Source: Bacteroidales bacterium (GTDB lineage: Bacteria; Bacteroidota; Bacteroidia; Bacteroidales; UBA7960). Taken from it: a stretch of DNA of 64,000 nt. Below the pieces are notes generated by a model that saw nothing but the letters and a program-made list of their open reading frames with translations, made no database searches and was not told the origin of the DNA. The translations under genes were made by a program, and so were the position numbers. The stretch spans positions 5,465 to 69,464 of the forward strand of contig SKSE01000154.1 of the NCBI GenBank assembly GCA_007118135.1. Reading direction: 5' to 3'. This document shows, piece after piece, positions 37,828-47,342 of this stretch (positions are counted from its first letter, which is position 1; every line of letters begins with the position of its first letter).

Positions 37828-39957
37828 TTAATCGAAAAACATCCATGAAACTCCAAATTTGAACATGGTTTCAGGAATGGGGTAGAAGGGAATGTCATAA
37901 TGGGGTTTGGTGTCAAAAATCAATCCCAGAATATTTTGATATTTTACAAACAGTCTGGCTCTCTGTATTTTACCACTCCAGAAGACATCAACAAGAAATT
38001 TATCACGTGTGGTATAGTTATTCTGTGCATAAAATGATCGGGTTACAGGCATCCACGACATGGCCCTGTAACCTGGATTAAAATGCAGGTCTAAACCCAA
38101 TTTGTTTATCAGGGCCCGATCAAATAAATCAAGATTAAGATGTACAGAATGGTAACTTATAAAATCCGGAAAATTTTCGAAGTTTTCAGTCGTGCTGATC
38201 TGGTATATTCCATAATTTCGAAAACCAAACCGCCCTACTTCAATATCGCTGAATACCCCCAGGCTTATTAAACCAAAGCCGGAAGTGTTTTGAACCGGTA
38301 AAGCCTCATTATTAAAATATACCATATTATTAAGAAGATAATAATTACCTTCCAGTCTTATCCATGGAGAATGCAACCTGCCACGAAGATTCAGCACCTG
38401 TATTTTGTCAAAGTTGTTTTCCCAGCTTATATAATTACTTCGGAAAGTATTGTAGAAATAGGGAGCTTCCATATTTGCCAGGCGCAACAATCCGTCAAGG
38501 CGGTAGTTTCTGTCGGGGCGACCCAGATTAAGGTATGCTCCTGCATGAAAGTCTTCATCATTATATCCACCAATTGTAACATTGGCAAAACCACCGAATG
38601 AGAGAAACCTGGTTTGATCGCTTTGCAGTTCAATACCCTGGATTATTTCATTATAATTGAATCTGTCGTAATAATAGATATTCTGATTAAGAGTATCCAA
38701 AAGGGGTTTATCTTCCGGAAACCAAGGTTGTTGAATGTTATTTATGCCATGTTGCAGAAAAATCCTGAAATTGAATGGAAAGGTTCCTCTTCCGCTTTCA
38801 AGCGGAAAGTTTGACCATGATATTTCATTCCTTATCTGGTGTACAACAGTTGAATCAAAAGTTTTTTCGGGATAATGAGGCTCATAATCATAAAATGGAT
38901 AGGGCGCAGCATCTTCAATAAAGTTAAAAGCCTTGCGTGAATAAGTAAAATCGTGGTTAAAACGTCCCAAATTAATAAATCGTCCTTCCTGAACTGTATC
39001 ACCACCGGTATAAAAACCTGTTTGGTAAAAATGACGCAGGTTTACCGATACATCCCTGTACCAGGATTCTGCCCTGTAAAGGAATACACTATCGCGTACT
39101 TCATTTTCTTCAAATGCTGCCGGATTCATTAAACCCCCGCTCTGTTGGTTTCTGATACGGTTAATAATAAAACTGCCCAATGCCTGGTATCTTTTGCTGG
39201 GGTGAAGATAATCGGCCGTGAGGTAAAGATTAACGTTTCTTGAACCCAAACGACTATATGCACCCGGTGAGTTAATAACCCTGTATTGAAAACCCAGGTA
39301 AAAGGTTTCGTGAAGCCTTTGCGAATGTTTGGCATGGAAGAGTTGTTCGCGTTCATCACCAATCATATAAAAAAGATCGGTAAAAACATGTTTTGGGCGG
39401 TAATATCGTAACTCATTATGAGAAAAAATATAATCTCCATACAAACGTAAATGGCCCGGATCGAGGCCAGGACTCAGAACCGGATTAAAAACCAGCGGAC
39501 GATAGGCATGACCGAGATTTCCTTTCTGGGCATAAAAAAGACCTTTTTTGGCTGCAAAATCGGCGTGATGAAAATTAAGCAAGTTGGTATCGACATAATT
39601 GGGTGAAAGTCTGAATGGATTCTGAAGCTGTTCCTCACTATACCAGGGAATCGCATTGGGGGGCAGATCTGGTTCTTCTTCCGCAACAACTGTGCGTCTA
39701 ACTTCCTGGCGAATAGTATCTGTTAGGGGTACCGGTAAAGTATCATTTTCTGTTTCATGAACAATAGGAAGGATATCTGGTCCCCAAATAATAGTATCAT
39801 TTGGAGCTATTGTATCTAATGCATTATGGTTATAGTATGCAATTGTTTTTGCAGCAAGGGGAAAAAGACTCAGGGAGCTATAAATGAAGATAAGGATTAA
39901 AGTGGGGATTGCTATTCGCATTTGCTGTGAGATAGGCGGCTTATAACGGGTTAACAC
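37828..39957 (-). CDS. Putative outer-membrane beta-barrel porin (Bacteroidota putative-porin family), 709 aa
   Basis: Signal/TM N-terminus. Alternating aromatic-rich beta-strand-like sequence (Y/F/N-rich) throughout. Family call is from overall character only. Confidence 0.5.
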   Translation of the reverse strand: MLTRYKPPISQQMRIAIPTLILIFIYSSLSLFPLAAKTIAYYNHNALDTIAPNDTIIWGPDILPIVHETENDTLPVPLTDTIRQEVRRTVVAEEEPDLPPNAIPWYSEEQLQNPFRLSPNYVDTNLLNFHHADFAAKKGLFYAQKGNLGHAYRPLVFNPVLSPGLDPGHLRLYGDYIFSHNELRYYRPKHVFTDLFYMIGDEREQLFHAKHSQRLHETFYLGFQYRVINSPGAYSRLGSRNVNLYLTADYLHPSKRYQALGSFIINRIRNQQSGGLMNPAAFEENEVRDSVFLYRAESWYRDVSVNLRHFYQTGFYTGGDTVQEGRFINLGRFNHDFTYSRKAFNFIEDAAPYPFYDYEPHYPEKTFDSTVVHQIRNEISWSNFPLESGRGTFPFNFRIFLQHGINNIQQPWFPEDKPLLDTLNQNIYYYDRFNYNEIIQGIELQSDQTRFLSFGGFANVTIGGYNDEDFHAGAYLNLGRPDRNYRLDGLLRLANMEAPYFYNTFRSNYISWENNFDKIQVLNLRGRLHSPWIRLEGNYYLLNNMVYFNNEALPVQNTSGFGLISLGVFSDIEVGRFGFRNYGIYQISTTENFENFPDFISYHSVHLNLDLFDRALINKLGLDLHFNPGYRAMSWMPVTRSFYAQNNYTTRDKFLVDVFWSGKIQRARLFVKYQNILGLIFDTKPHYDIPFYPIPETMFKFGVSWMFFD

Positions 39958-40071
39958 TGTGACTTTGGAAAATCGAGCCCAAAATTACTAAAATAAACGA
40001 AAAAAAGGGTCCCGCATTATGTATTATGGTGCAGAACCCTTTTTTATTTTGTGAAGTTCAAATGAGATAAA

Positions 40072-42105
40072 CTACTCCTTAAGCCATTGGTCCAGCCACT
40101 TGAAAAATTCCCTTTGCCACAGAATACTGTTTTGCGGAGACAGTACCCAGTGGTTTTCTTCCGGATAAACAATAAGTCTGCTGGGAACTCCCTGCAACTG
40201 AGCCGCATTGAATGCCTGCATACCTTCTGAGAGAGGAACGCGGTAATCCTTGGCACCATGAATTACAAGAATTGGTGTATCCCAGTTACCCACAAACAAG
40301 TGTGGCGAGAAGTCGTAGCTATCCGGGCGATCTTCAGCCCAGTATGGACCGCCAATATCATGATTGGCAAAAAACATTTCTTCTGTAGTTCCATACCAGC
40401 TTTCGAAGTTGAACATTCCGCAGTGGGCAATGAAAGCGTTGAAGAGTCCGTTGTGATGGCCGGCCAGCCAGAAAACTGAAAATCCGCCGTAACTGGCACC
40501 TACAGCCCCAAGGCGATTCTCATCAATGAATGGTTCCTTACTCACTTCTTTTGCTGCAGCTAGCAGATCCTGCATATTTTGCCCGCCGTAGTCCTGGCTT
40601 ATCTGGTCGTTCCATTCCTGTCCGAAGGTGGGTAATCCTCTGCGGTTGGGGGCAATAATAATATAATCGTGTGCTGCCATGATCTGGAAATTCCAGCGGT
40701 AGGAGAAAAACTGGCTTACGGCGCTTTGGGGTCCGCCACCACAGTAAAGCAATGCAGGATATTTTTTATTGGAATCGAAGCCCGGAGGATAGATCACCCA
40801 CACCAGCATTTGCTTTCCGTCGGTGGTTTCAATCCAGCGTTGTTCCACATTTCCCATCTCAATTTTATCAAAAACAGGGCGGTTTACATCGGTAAGCTGC
40901 ACCTGTGTGCCATTGGCAGGATTTACCCTGAATATCTCAACGGGCGATGACATGCTCATTCGTTCTCCAACAAGATAATTACCCGCAATAGTCAGGGTGT
41001 TGTAGTTGTGCCAGCCATCGGTTACCTGACTGATCTGGCGATTTGCAATGTCGAGTTTGTACATTTGGTAGGTGGCATGATGCCCGCTGATGAAATAAAG
41101 ACTTCTGCTATCGGCTGTCCAGTTAAAACTTCCTGAACTCTGGTCGAAGCCTTCGGAATAATCAATCCAGCTTCCGTCGCTTAAATCCATAATAAGAATA
41201 CGATTCTTATCAGATTCAAATCCCGGGGTTTCCATGCTTTCCCATGCCATGTAGCGGCCATCGGGTGAAAAAACGGGATTACGATCGTAACCAGGGTTAA
41301 AGGGAGTAAGATTTGTGGTTTCACGGGTTTCCAGATTGTACAGATAAATATCGGAATTGGTGCTTACAGCCCTTTCCTTACCCACTTTTTTCTTGGCAGT
41401 ATAGGCCAGGGCGCGGCCATCGGGAGTCCAGCTGATCTGTCCGATGCCACCAAAGGGAGGCATGGGTGAATCCCAGGGTTCTCCTTCCATGATGTCGTAA
41501 TACCGTCCGATGCTACCATTATTATAAGGCGAAATGAAAATATGACTGTAGGAATAGTCGTGCCAGCGATCCCAGTGGCGGTACATCAGATCATCGTATA
41601 TCAAAACATTGGAAAGGGGCAGGTCGGGGTGCATATCGTGGGGATTTTCTTCAACCTTCACCCTTTTAGTGAAATACACATGCCGCATATCAGGACTGTA
41701 TTCAAAACCTGTAACACCACCGGCAACATTTGACACCTGCAGCGGATTGGAACCGTCAGGGTTCATTTCCCAGATCTGTACAGTTCCGGTTTTTGAACTC
41801 AGGTAGCCTATCTTTCTTCCATCAGGGCGCCACATCACATTAAACTCATTCTCCGGGCTGTTGGTAAGATTGCGGGGTGTACCGCCTTCAACAGGTACAA
41901 TGTATATATCCCGGCTGGCCCTGTTAGTTTCCACATCATAATGGGTTATGGTAAAGAGAACCTGCGTTCCATCGGGTGAAACCTGCATGCCGCCCACACG
42001 TCCAAATTCCCAAAGTGTTTCTGGTACCATAGCTTGTTTTTCAGACGAAACAGCTTGAAAAACAAAAAGTAATCCTGTTAAAATAACAATTGTAAATCGT
42101 TTCAT
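40072..42105 (-). CDS. S9-family serine peptidase (prolyl oligopeptidase / DPP-like) with N-terminal beta-propeller
   Basis: Signal peptide and PD40-like repeats (SPDG...). Nucleophile elbow GASYGGF. Distal H in VYPEENHW. Confidence 0.85.
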   Translation of the reverse strand: MKRFTIVILTGLLFVFQAVSSEKQAMVPETLWEFGRVGGMQVSPDGTQVLFTITHYDVETNRASRDIYIVPVEGGTPRNLTNSPENEFNVMWRPDGRKIGYLSSKTGTVQIWEMNPDGSNPLQVSNVAGGVTGFEYSPDMRHVYFTKRVKVEENPHDMHPDLPLSNVLIYDDLMYRHWDRWHDYSYSHIFISPYNNGSIGRYYDIMEGEPWDSPMPPFGGIGQISWTPDGRALAYTAKKKVGKERAVSTNSDIYLYNLETRETTNLTPFNPGYDRNPVFSPDGRYMAWESMETPGFESDKNRILIMDLSDGSWIDYSEGFDQSSGSFNWTADSRSLYFISGHHATYQMYKLDIANRQISQVTDGWHNYNTLTIAGNYLVGERMSMSSPVEIFRVNPANGTQVQLTDVNRPVFDKIEMGNVEQRWIETTDGKQMLVWVIYPPGFDSNKKYPALLYCGGGPQSAVSQFFSYRWNFQIMAAHDYIIIAPNRRGLPTFGQEWNDQISQDYGGQNMQDLLAAAKEVSKEPFIDENRLGAVGASYGGFSVFWLAGHHNGLFNAFIAHCGMFNFESWYGTTEEMFFANHDIGGPYWAEDRPDSYDFSPHLFVGNWDTPILVIHGAKDYRVPLSEGMQAFNAAQLQGVPSRLIVYPEENHWVLSPQNSILWQREFFKWLDQWLKE

Positions 42106-42343
42106 TCTTTAGTATTTAGGGTTTTTACTGATTGAATTTCTTTTTCAATGCGTAAAAATAGCAGGAAAAAATAAATCCGACATAATATAGCTGATGTTTT
42201 AGAATAAATGCATTGTTTAATTACCACAGATTCGGGCAATCTTTTTGCGTGACGGGGCCAATTCCCCGATATCCCCAACCGGGCGATACTGCGCTGCAAA
42301 ACCTTCATCTTTTTATTAATCCTTTACTGCGTGCAGCGCCTGT

Positions 42344-42351
42344 TATCTTTG
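42344..42351 (+). promoter_or_regulatory. Orphan -7 box TATCTTTG about 330 nt upstream of the HD-domain gene
   Basis: Exact TAnnTTTG match. No closer match before 42684. Confidence 0.4.
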
Positions 42352-42466
42352 TGCATGCAAAATTCTTCAAATGTTAAGCTCCTCCGGAGCAGTCGTAGTC
42401 AGACTAATCAGGCCATCCATAATATCCAGTTATTCAAAATAAACCAGGATTTAAAATAATTTACCC

Positions 42467-42482
42467 AGCCGCATCGCGGCGA
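42467..42482. repeat. Copy 1 of the 16-nt repeat AGCCGCATCGCGGCGA (core palindrome GCCGC-ATC-GCGGC)
   Basis: Read directly from the sequence. Identical to copy 2. Confidence 0.9.
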
Positions 42483-42520
42483 AAATATGGTAGAAATGAT
42501 ACGCCTTATAGCCCTTCCAA

Positions 42521-42536
42521 AGCCGCATCGCGGCGA
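42521..42536. repeat. Copy 2 of the 16-nt repeat AGCCGCATCGCGGCGA
   Basis: Read directly from the sequence, 54 nt after copy 1. Similarity extends to nAnTAT after the repeat. Confidence 0.9.
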
Positions 42537-42683
42537 CATTATCTGTTTGGCACAGGGCCATTTTGTTTGATCCCGTCGTTGCTGGGATAAAAGCGGATAA
42601 GGCCCGGCCAGTATAATCAGTACTGTGGTTACCCGCATATTTAAAAGAATCTCTTAACTTTACATTCGCTCTGAACAAAATAG

Positions 42684-43511
42684 ATGATTCTTATTATGAG
42701 GCTTTCTACACAGGCACAGCAGAAACTCAGTCTGCAATTAAGCACAAGTAACTCTCTGGATCAGGGGTTAGATGAGATTCATATGATTGCAGAAGAGTAT
42801 GCAGAAAAAACTACATCACCCGAATTTTTGAAAGAAGTAAGGAGGTTTTTCCTGGCAAATAATAACAGGAAATTCTTTTCGAAAGATATGCCGGCATCGG
42901 ATTTTCTGAAAGTGGACTCTGCCATGACCGAGAAAGTTATAAAACTTGCCATTGACAGGCATAAGAATGAGTTTCGCGATTCGGGTTTTCCTTACATGGC
43001 TCATGTGCTCAGTGCAGGATTTCTGCTTGCCAGGCTGGGGTTTTCAAAAGAAATTGTTTATTCTGCCATTCTGCATGATTCTTTTGAGGATTCGGGTGAT
43101 AAAAATAAAATTCTCAATGAACTTCATGCCATAAGTCCGGCAGTGGCATGGTATGTTTACAGTGTTTCCGGCACCGATACCAGGGATGCGGTGGAAAAAG
43201 ACCTGATGCTTCTGGAAAAGATCAATCAGTTTTCTGAACTTTCCGGAAGCGTATTTCCCAAAGCTATCAAATGTGCTGATGGTATTGCCAATTTATATGA
43301 CGTTGAGTTTATGCAGTCGCGGGACGGACGGAATGCCCAAGAACGCAGACTCAGATTCATCAATCAGACCGAAAATGAAGTTCTTCCCTTTGCCAGGGAA
43401 GTGGATACTGCAGGTGTGATCAGGGTGAAGAACAAAGGTGAGGTCTTTTCGCTGGAGGAATATGCTAAAGATACCATAGATTTTAAATTGAGTCTGATAC
43501 AGGGCGGATAA
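42684..43511 (+). CDS. HD-domain protein, RelA/SpoT-type (p)ppGpp-hydrolase-like
   Basis: FPYMAHVLSAGFLLARLG....SAILHDSFEDSG matches the SpoT/Mesh1 hydrolase HD block (LLHDxxEDT). The N-terminal ~90 aa are not conserved-looking and the start is uncertain (42684, 42696 or 42783). Confidence 0.65.
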   Translation: MILIMRLSTQAQQKLSLQLSTSNSLDQGLDEIHMIAEEYAEKTTSPEFLKEVRRFFLANNNRKFFSKDMPASDFLKVDSAMTEKVIKLAIDRHKNEFRDSGFPYMAHVLSAGFLLARLGFSKEIVYSAILHDSFEDSGDKNKILNELHAISPAVAWYVYSVSGTDTRDAVEKDLMLLEKINQFSELSGSVFPKAIKCADGIANLYDVEFMQSRDGRNAQERRLRFINQTENEVLPFAREVDTAGVIRVKNKGEVFSLEEYAKDTIDFKLSLIQGG

Positions 43512-44077
43512 TGATAAAATACCCGACTACCATGCGAATCAGGGTAAATGAACATATTGTACTTAAAGAATTAAGCCGCGGGGATGTAGCTGATATTTTT
43601 CATACCATAAACACCCAGCGATCCTATCTTGGTGCATGGCTTCCCTTTGTTGCTTACACCAAAGAACTCACGGATACTGAAGCCTTTGTTGAATCAGTGC
43701 TGCATGCACCTGATAAAAAACGTGAGTATGTTTTTGTTATCAGGTACGATGGTGAGTTTGCCGGTATTATCGGATTTAAGGATACGGACAAAGTAAACCG
43801 CAAAACGGAAATAGGTTATTGGTTGTCAGAACATTTTCAGAAAAAAGGTATTATTACCTTATGCTTGAAGAAACTCCTGCAACTCGCTTTTAAAGTATTG
43901 AATATCAATCGTGTGCAAGTCCGTTGTGCAGTTGGAAATACTTCCAGCAGCAATATTCCCAAACGTCTTGGATTTAAACAGGAAGGTATTGAAAGAGAAG
44001 GAGAGCTATTAAGCAACGGTAGTTTCGCCGACCTTGAAGTTTACAGTTTGCTGAAATCTGATTTTCATAATTCCTGA
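43511..44077 (+). CDS. GNAT N-acetyltransferase, RimJ/RimL-like
   Basis: 188 aa. Motif EIGYWLSEHFQKKGIITLCLKKLLQLAF...N..S..I..RLGF..EG. Its ATG shares one base with the HD gene stop (TAATG). Confidence 0.75.
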   Translation: MIKYPTTMRIRVNEHIVLKELSRGDVADIFHTINTQRSYLGAWLPFVAYTKELTDTEAFVESVLHAPDKKREYVFVIRYDGEFAGIIGFKDTDKVNRKTEIGYWLSEHFQKKGIITLCLKKLLQLAFKVLNINRVQVRCAVGNTSSSNIPKRLGFKQEGIEREGELLSNGSFADLEVYSLLKSDFHNS

Positions 44078-44178
44078 CAAATCAGGTTACCTGACTCTTA
44101 AAGTTTGATATAGTTAATGGGTTATTTTCATTTGAGTATATATTTTGAAGATTGACTCATAAAGTCAGTATAAATGCT

Positions 44179-44186
44179 TAATTTTG
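44179..44186 (+). promoter_or_regulatory. -7 box TAATTTTG implying a ~175-nt 5' UTR for the cold-shock-domain gene
   Basis: TAnnTTTG match. Long leaders are typical of csp genes. Confidence 0.4.
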
Positions 44187-44367
44187 CTAAGTTTGGAAAA
44201 CATCAGGATCGAATTAACTTATTTTATCATTGTGTAATTTCTCTCTGAATCAGAATCTCATTTATCAGTTGATGGATATCCAATCATTCCAGATAAAATA
44301 AAGAAAACAAAAAATCGTGAATTAAGAACAACCTATTTATAAATCAAAATTATTTTTAAAAAAAACT

Positions 44368-44829
44368 ATGGGAAGATCACAACAATCCTTTAACAAAAAA
44401 GAAAACGAAAAGAAAAAACGAAAGAAGAAACTCGACAAAGAAAAAAAGAGAGAAGAACGCCAGTCCAGCTCAGAGAAGGGTAAAAGTCTTGATGACATGA
44501 TTGCTTACGTTGATGAGCATGGTAACATTACTGATACACCCCCCGATCCTGAAGAAAAAAAGAAAAATGAAATTGAACTGGATGACATTATGATTAATGT
44601 ACCCAAAAAGGAAGAACTTGAAGAAGTTGATAAGGTAAGGTTTGGTACTATAACCTTTTTTAATGATTCAAAAGGTTATGGATTCATTAAAGATATGAAT
44701 ACTCAGGAAAGTATTTTTGTACACGTTAACGGTTTAATTGACCCTGTTAGAGAAGGAAATAAAGTAAGCTTTGAGACTGAAAGAGGTCACAAAGGCCTGA
44801 ATGCCATTAAGGTAAGATTGGAAAAATAA
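44368..44829 (+). CDS. Cold-shock-domain protein with an ~85-aa K/E-rich N-terminal extension
   Basis: C-terminal GTITFFNDSKGYGFIKD....IFVHVNGL is the CSD RNP1/RNP2 core. The N-terminus is low-complexity KKEKE. Confidence 0.8.
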   Translation: MGRSQQSFNKKENEKKKRKKKLDKEKKREERQSSSEKGKSLDDMIAYVDEHGNITDTPPDPEEKKKNEIELDDIMINVPKKEELEEVDKVRFGTITFFNDSKGYGFIKDMNTQESIFVHVNGLIDPVREGNKVSFETERGHKGLNAIKVRLEK

Positions 44830-44867
44830 AGTATCGGTTTAAGTTTTGGCTGTCAGGAAGGTTTTGC

Positions 44868-46562
44868 TTAGTATCCTGCTGCCTGCCCATCTTTCCGTGA
44901 TTCTGAGGCCCCATAATACACTTTATTTGTCTTATCCCACATAATGGCCTGGTAACCTCCAAATGGCCCTACTGTCCATTGCATCCTGTGACCTTTTTTA
45001 ATAAGCTCACGAATAGTTTCATAAGGAAAACCTGATTCCAGCATAACAATTCCACCATCAGTCATTTCCTGCCCTGTGGGTTCCGATGAACCTGTATGAT
45101 AAATTCGCGGTGCATCACCGGCTTCCTGCAAGTTCATGCCAAAATCAATCAAATTAATCACTATTTGTGCATGACCCTGGGGTTGCATATCGCCGCCCAT
45201 TACACCAAAACTCATAAAGGGTTCTCCATCTTTGGTAATAAAGCCTGGTATTATGGTGTGAAAAGGTCTTTTGCCGGGTTCGAATGTATTGAACCGGTTG
45301 GGTTGCAGGGTGAATCCTTCTCCGCGATTCTGGATTACGAAGCCTAAACCGGGTGGTGTCATACCGCTTCCCATCCCACGATAATTGCTCTGAATGAGTG
45401 ATACCATATTTCCATTTTTATCGGCCACGGTCAGGTAAATGGTATTAGGTCCTTCGGAAATACCCGGTTCGTAGCGTCTTGCAGCAAGGTCAGGATTGAT
45501 AAGTTCTCTTCTTTCTTCTGCGTATTCTTTCGAAATAAGTCTGTTAACCGGTACAGAACTGAAATCCATATCGGCATAGTACCAGGCACGGTCTTCGTAG
45601 GCCAGCTTTTTAGCTTCAACAAAAAGATGAATGTATTCCGGACTGAATAATCCCATGGAGCCAATATCGTACCCTTCAAGGATATTAAGTATCTGAAGCA
45701 CTGCGATACCCTGTCCGTTGGGTGGCAGTTGCCAAACATCATAACCCCTGTAATTTGCAGATACCGGGTCAATCCAGGTGCTTGTATGTGCTGCCATATC
45801 TTCATAACTCAAAAATCCGCCGTTTTCCTTAATGTAAGCATCAATGATGCGGGCAATATCTCCTTTATAGAAGGCATCTCTTCCTTCCCGTGCAATGGTT
45901 TCGTAAGTGTTTGCCAGATAAGGATTGCGGAAAATCTCACCTTTTGCCGGCATTCGGCCATCGGGCATGTAAGTTTCCTTAAAATTGGGATAATGGCCAA
46001 TACGGCTCACTGAACGGTCGAGGTAATAAGCAATAAGTTCGGTAACCGGAAAGCCGTTTTGCCCGTAATCTATGGCAGGTTGCAAAATTGCCTGCATATC
46101 CAGTTTACCGAATTTTTTGTGCATCTCAAACCAGCCGTCAACCGCGCCCGGAACACTTACAGTCAAAGCACCGAAAGATGGAATATATTCATAACCCTGT
46201 TCCAGAAAATATTTGCGGGTAAGACTTTTGGGCGATCTGCCACTGGCATTGAGTCCATATAGCTTTTGTGTTTCAGCATCCCAGATAATGGCAAAAAGAT
46301 CGCCGCCAATTCCGCAGCCTGTCGGTTCCATCAAACCGAGCATGGCATTGGCCGTTATGGCAGCATCCACAGCACTTCCACCTTGTTTTAAAATATCAAG
46401 AGCAGCCTGTGTGGCCAGCGGATGACTGGTGGCTGCCATACCATTTTGTGCTATGATCTCTGAGCGGCTTGCGAAATTGTGTCCTGTTATGCGATCTTGT
46501 GCATTAACAATTAAAAAGAACATGGATAAAATCAGGGAAATGTAAAAATAACTTTTGAACAT
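44868..46562 (-). CDS. ggt: Gamma-glutamyltransferase
   Basis: Signal peptide. Motifs GGSAVDAAI, GIGGDLFA, autoprocessing region PNTIYLTVADKNGNMVSLIQSN, and GVMGGDMQPQ. Confidence 0.88.
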   Translation of the reverse strand: MFKSYFYISLILSMFFLIVNAQDRITGHNFASRSEIIAQNGMAATSHPLATQAALDILKQGGSAVDAAITANAMLGLMEPTGCGIGGDLFAIIWDAETQKLYGLNASGRSPKSLTRKYFLEQGYEYIPSFGALTVSVPGAVDGWFEMHKKFGKLDMQAILQPAIDYGQNGFPVTELIAYYLDRSVSRIGHYPNFKETYMPDGRMPAKGEIFRNPYLANTYETIAREGRDAFYKGDIARIIDAYIKENGGFLSYEDMAAHTSTWIDPVSANYRGYDVWQLPPNGQGIAVLQILNILEGYDIGSMGLFSPEYIHLFVEAKKLAYEDRAWYYADMDFSSVPVNRLISKEYAEERRELINPDLAARRYEPGISEGPNTIYLTVADKNGNMVSLIQSNYRGMGSGMTPPGLGFVIQNRGEGFTLQPNRFNTFEPGKRPFHTIIPGFITKDGEPFMSFGVMGGDMQPQGHAQIVINLIDFGMNLQEAGDAPRIYHTGSSEPTGQEMTDGGIVMLESGFPYETIRELIKKGHRMQWTVGPFGGYQAIMWDKTNKVYYGASESRKDGQAAGY

Positions 46563-46626
46563 GGCTTTGATTTTAATGATTAATGAGTAACGAATTTAAT
46601 AATTTTCTATACTCCTTTTTTTATTT

Positions 46627-46634
46627 TAATTTTG
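46627..46634 (+). promoter_or_regulatory. -7 box TAATTTTG upstream of the carbonic anhydrase gene
   Basis: TAnnTTTG match 30 nt upstream of the ATG. Confidence 0.4.
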
Positions 46635-46663
46635 ATTCATATTAAGAATAAAACCGGTATACT

Positions 46664-47296
46664 ATGGATATAAAAAAAATCTTTGAAAACAACGAACAAT
46701 GGATCACGGATAAGCTGGCTCTTGACAAGGATTATTTTAATAATCTATCGAAAGGTCAAAGTCCTGAAATTCTATATATTGGATGTTCCGACAGCCGGGT
46801 TACAGCAGAAGAACTTATGGGTGTGCAACCCGGTGATGTGTTCGTGCATCGCAATATTGCCAATATGGTACCGAATACAGACATGAATGTGCAGTCTGTA
46901 ATTAATTTTGCAGTAAGGCATCTGAAGGTTAAGCACGTGGTGGTTTGCGGACATTATTATTGTGGCGGTATCAAGGCAGCCATGCAATCGGCCGACCTGG
47001 GAATTCTAAACTCGTGGTTAAGAAATATCAGGGATGTTTACCGTTTGCACCAGGATGAACTGGATGCCATAAAAGATGAAGAAGAACGTTACAAAAGGCT
47101 GGTTGAACTTAATGTGCAGGAGCAATGTGTCAATGTAATCAAAACGGCATCTGTACAAAGGGCTTCCAAGGAGAGAGGCGGAGAGTTTACCGTTCATGGT
47201 TGGGTTTTTGACGTACGCACCGGTAAACTAATTGACCTTAATATTGATTTTGACCGTATTCTCGAAAATATCATGAAAATATACCGCATCATATAG
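46664..47296 (+). CDS. Beta-class carbonic anhydrase
   Basis: Zinc-site motifs CSDSRV and VCGHYYCGG, plus FVHRNIANMV. Confidence 0.88.
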   Translation: MDIKKIFENNEQWITDKLALDKDYFNNLSKGQSPEILYIGCSDSRVTAEELMGVQPGDVFVHRNIANMVPNTDMNVQSVINFAVRHLKVKHVVVCGHYYCGGIKAAMQSADLGILNSWLRNIRDVYRLHQDELDAIKDEEERYKRLVELNVQEQCVNVIKTASVQRASKERGGEFTVHGWVFDVRTGKLIDLNIDFDRILENIMKIYRII

Positions 47297-47342
47297 TCAC
47301 GGTTTAAAATAGTTATCTAAATAAAATCCAATAATTCAAAAA

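Noticed and set aside
42467-42536. The two-copy 16-nt repeat with a ~38-nt spacer looked superficially like a mini-CRISPR array.
   Set aside because: It has only two copies, the repeat is shorter than CRISPR repeats (23 nt or more), there are no cas genes in 64 kb, and the flanks are not repeat-like.
42581-42611. GCTGGGATAAAAGCGGATAAGGCCCGGCCAG resembles my memory of the 3' core of ykkC-class (guanidine-I/ppGpp/PRPP) riboswitches (GGGAUAAAAGCCCGGGAGA). That was tempting because the downstream gene is a ppGpp-hydrolase-like HD protein.
   Set aside because: The strongly conserved 5' blocks I recall (CUAGGGUUCCG and GGUCCGAGAG) are absent. The match is interrupted by ~9 extra nt, and the consensus is from memory only. 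A cmscan with RF00442 would settle it.
42102-42678. Minus-strand ORFs 42102-42308, 42408-42638 and 42451-42678 in the large intergenic gap.
   Set aside because: Two of them overlap each other and simply translate the 16-nt repeat in two frames. The third overlaps the peptidase start. None has a recognisable motif.
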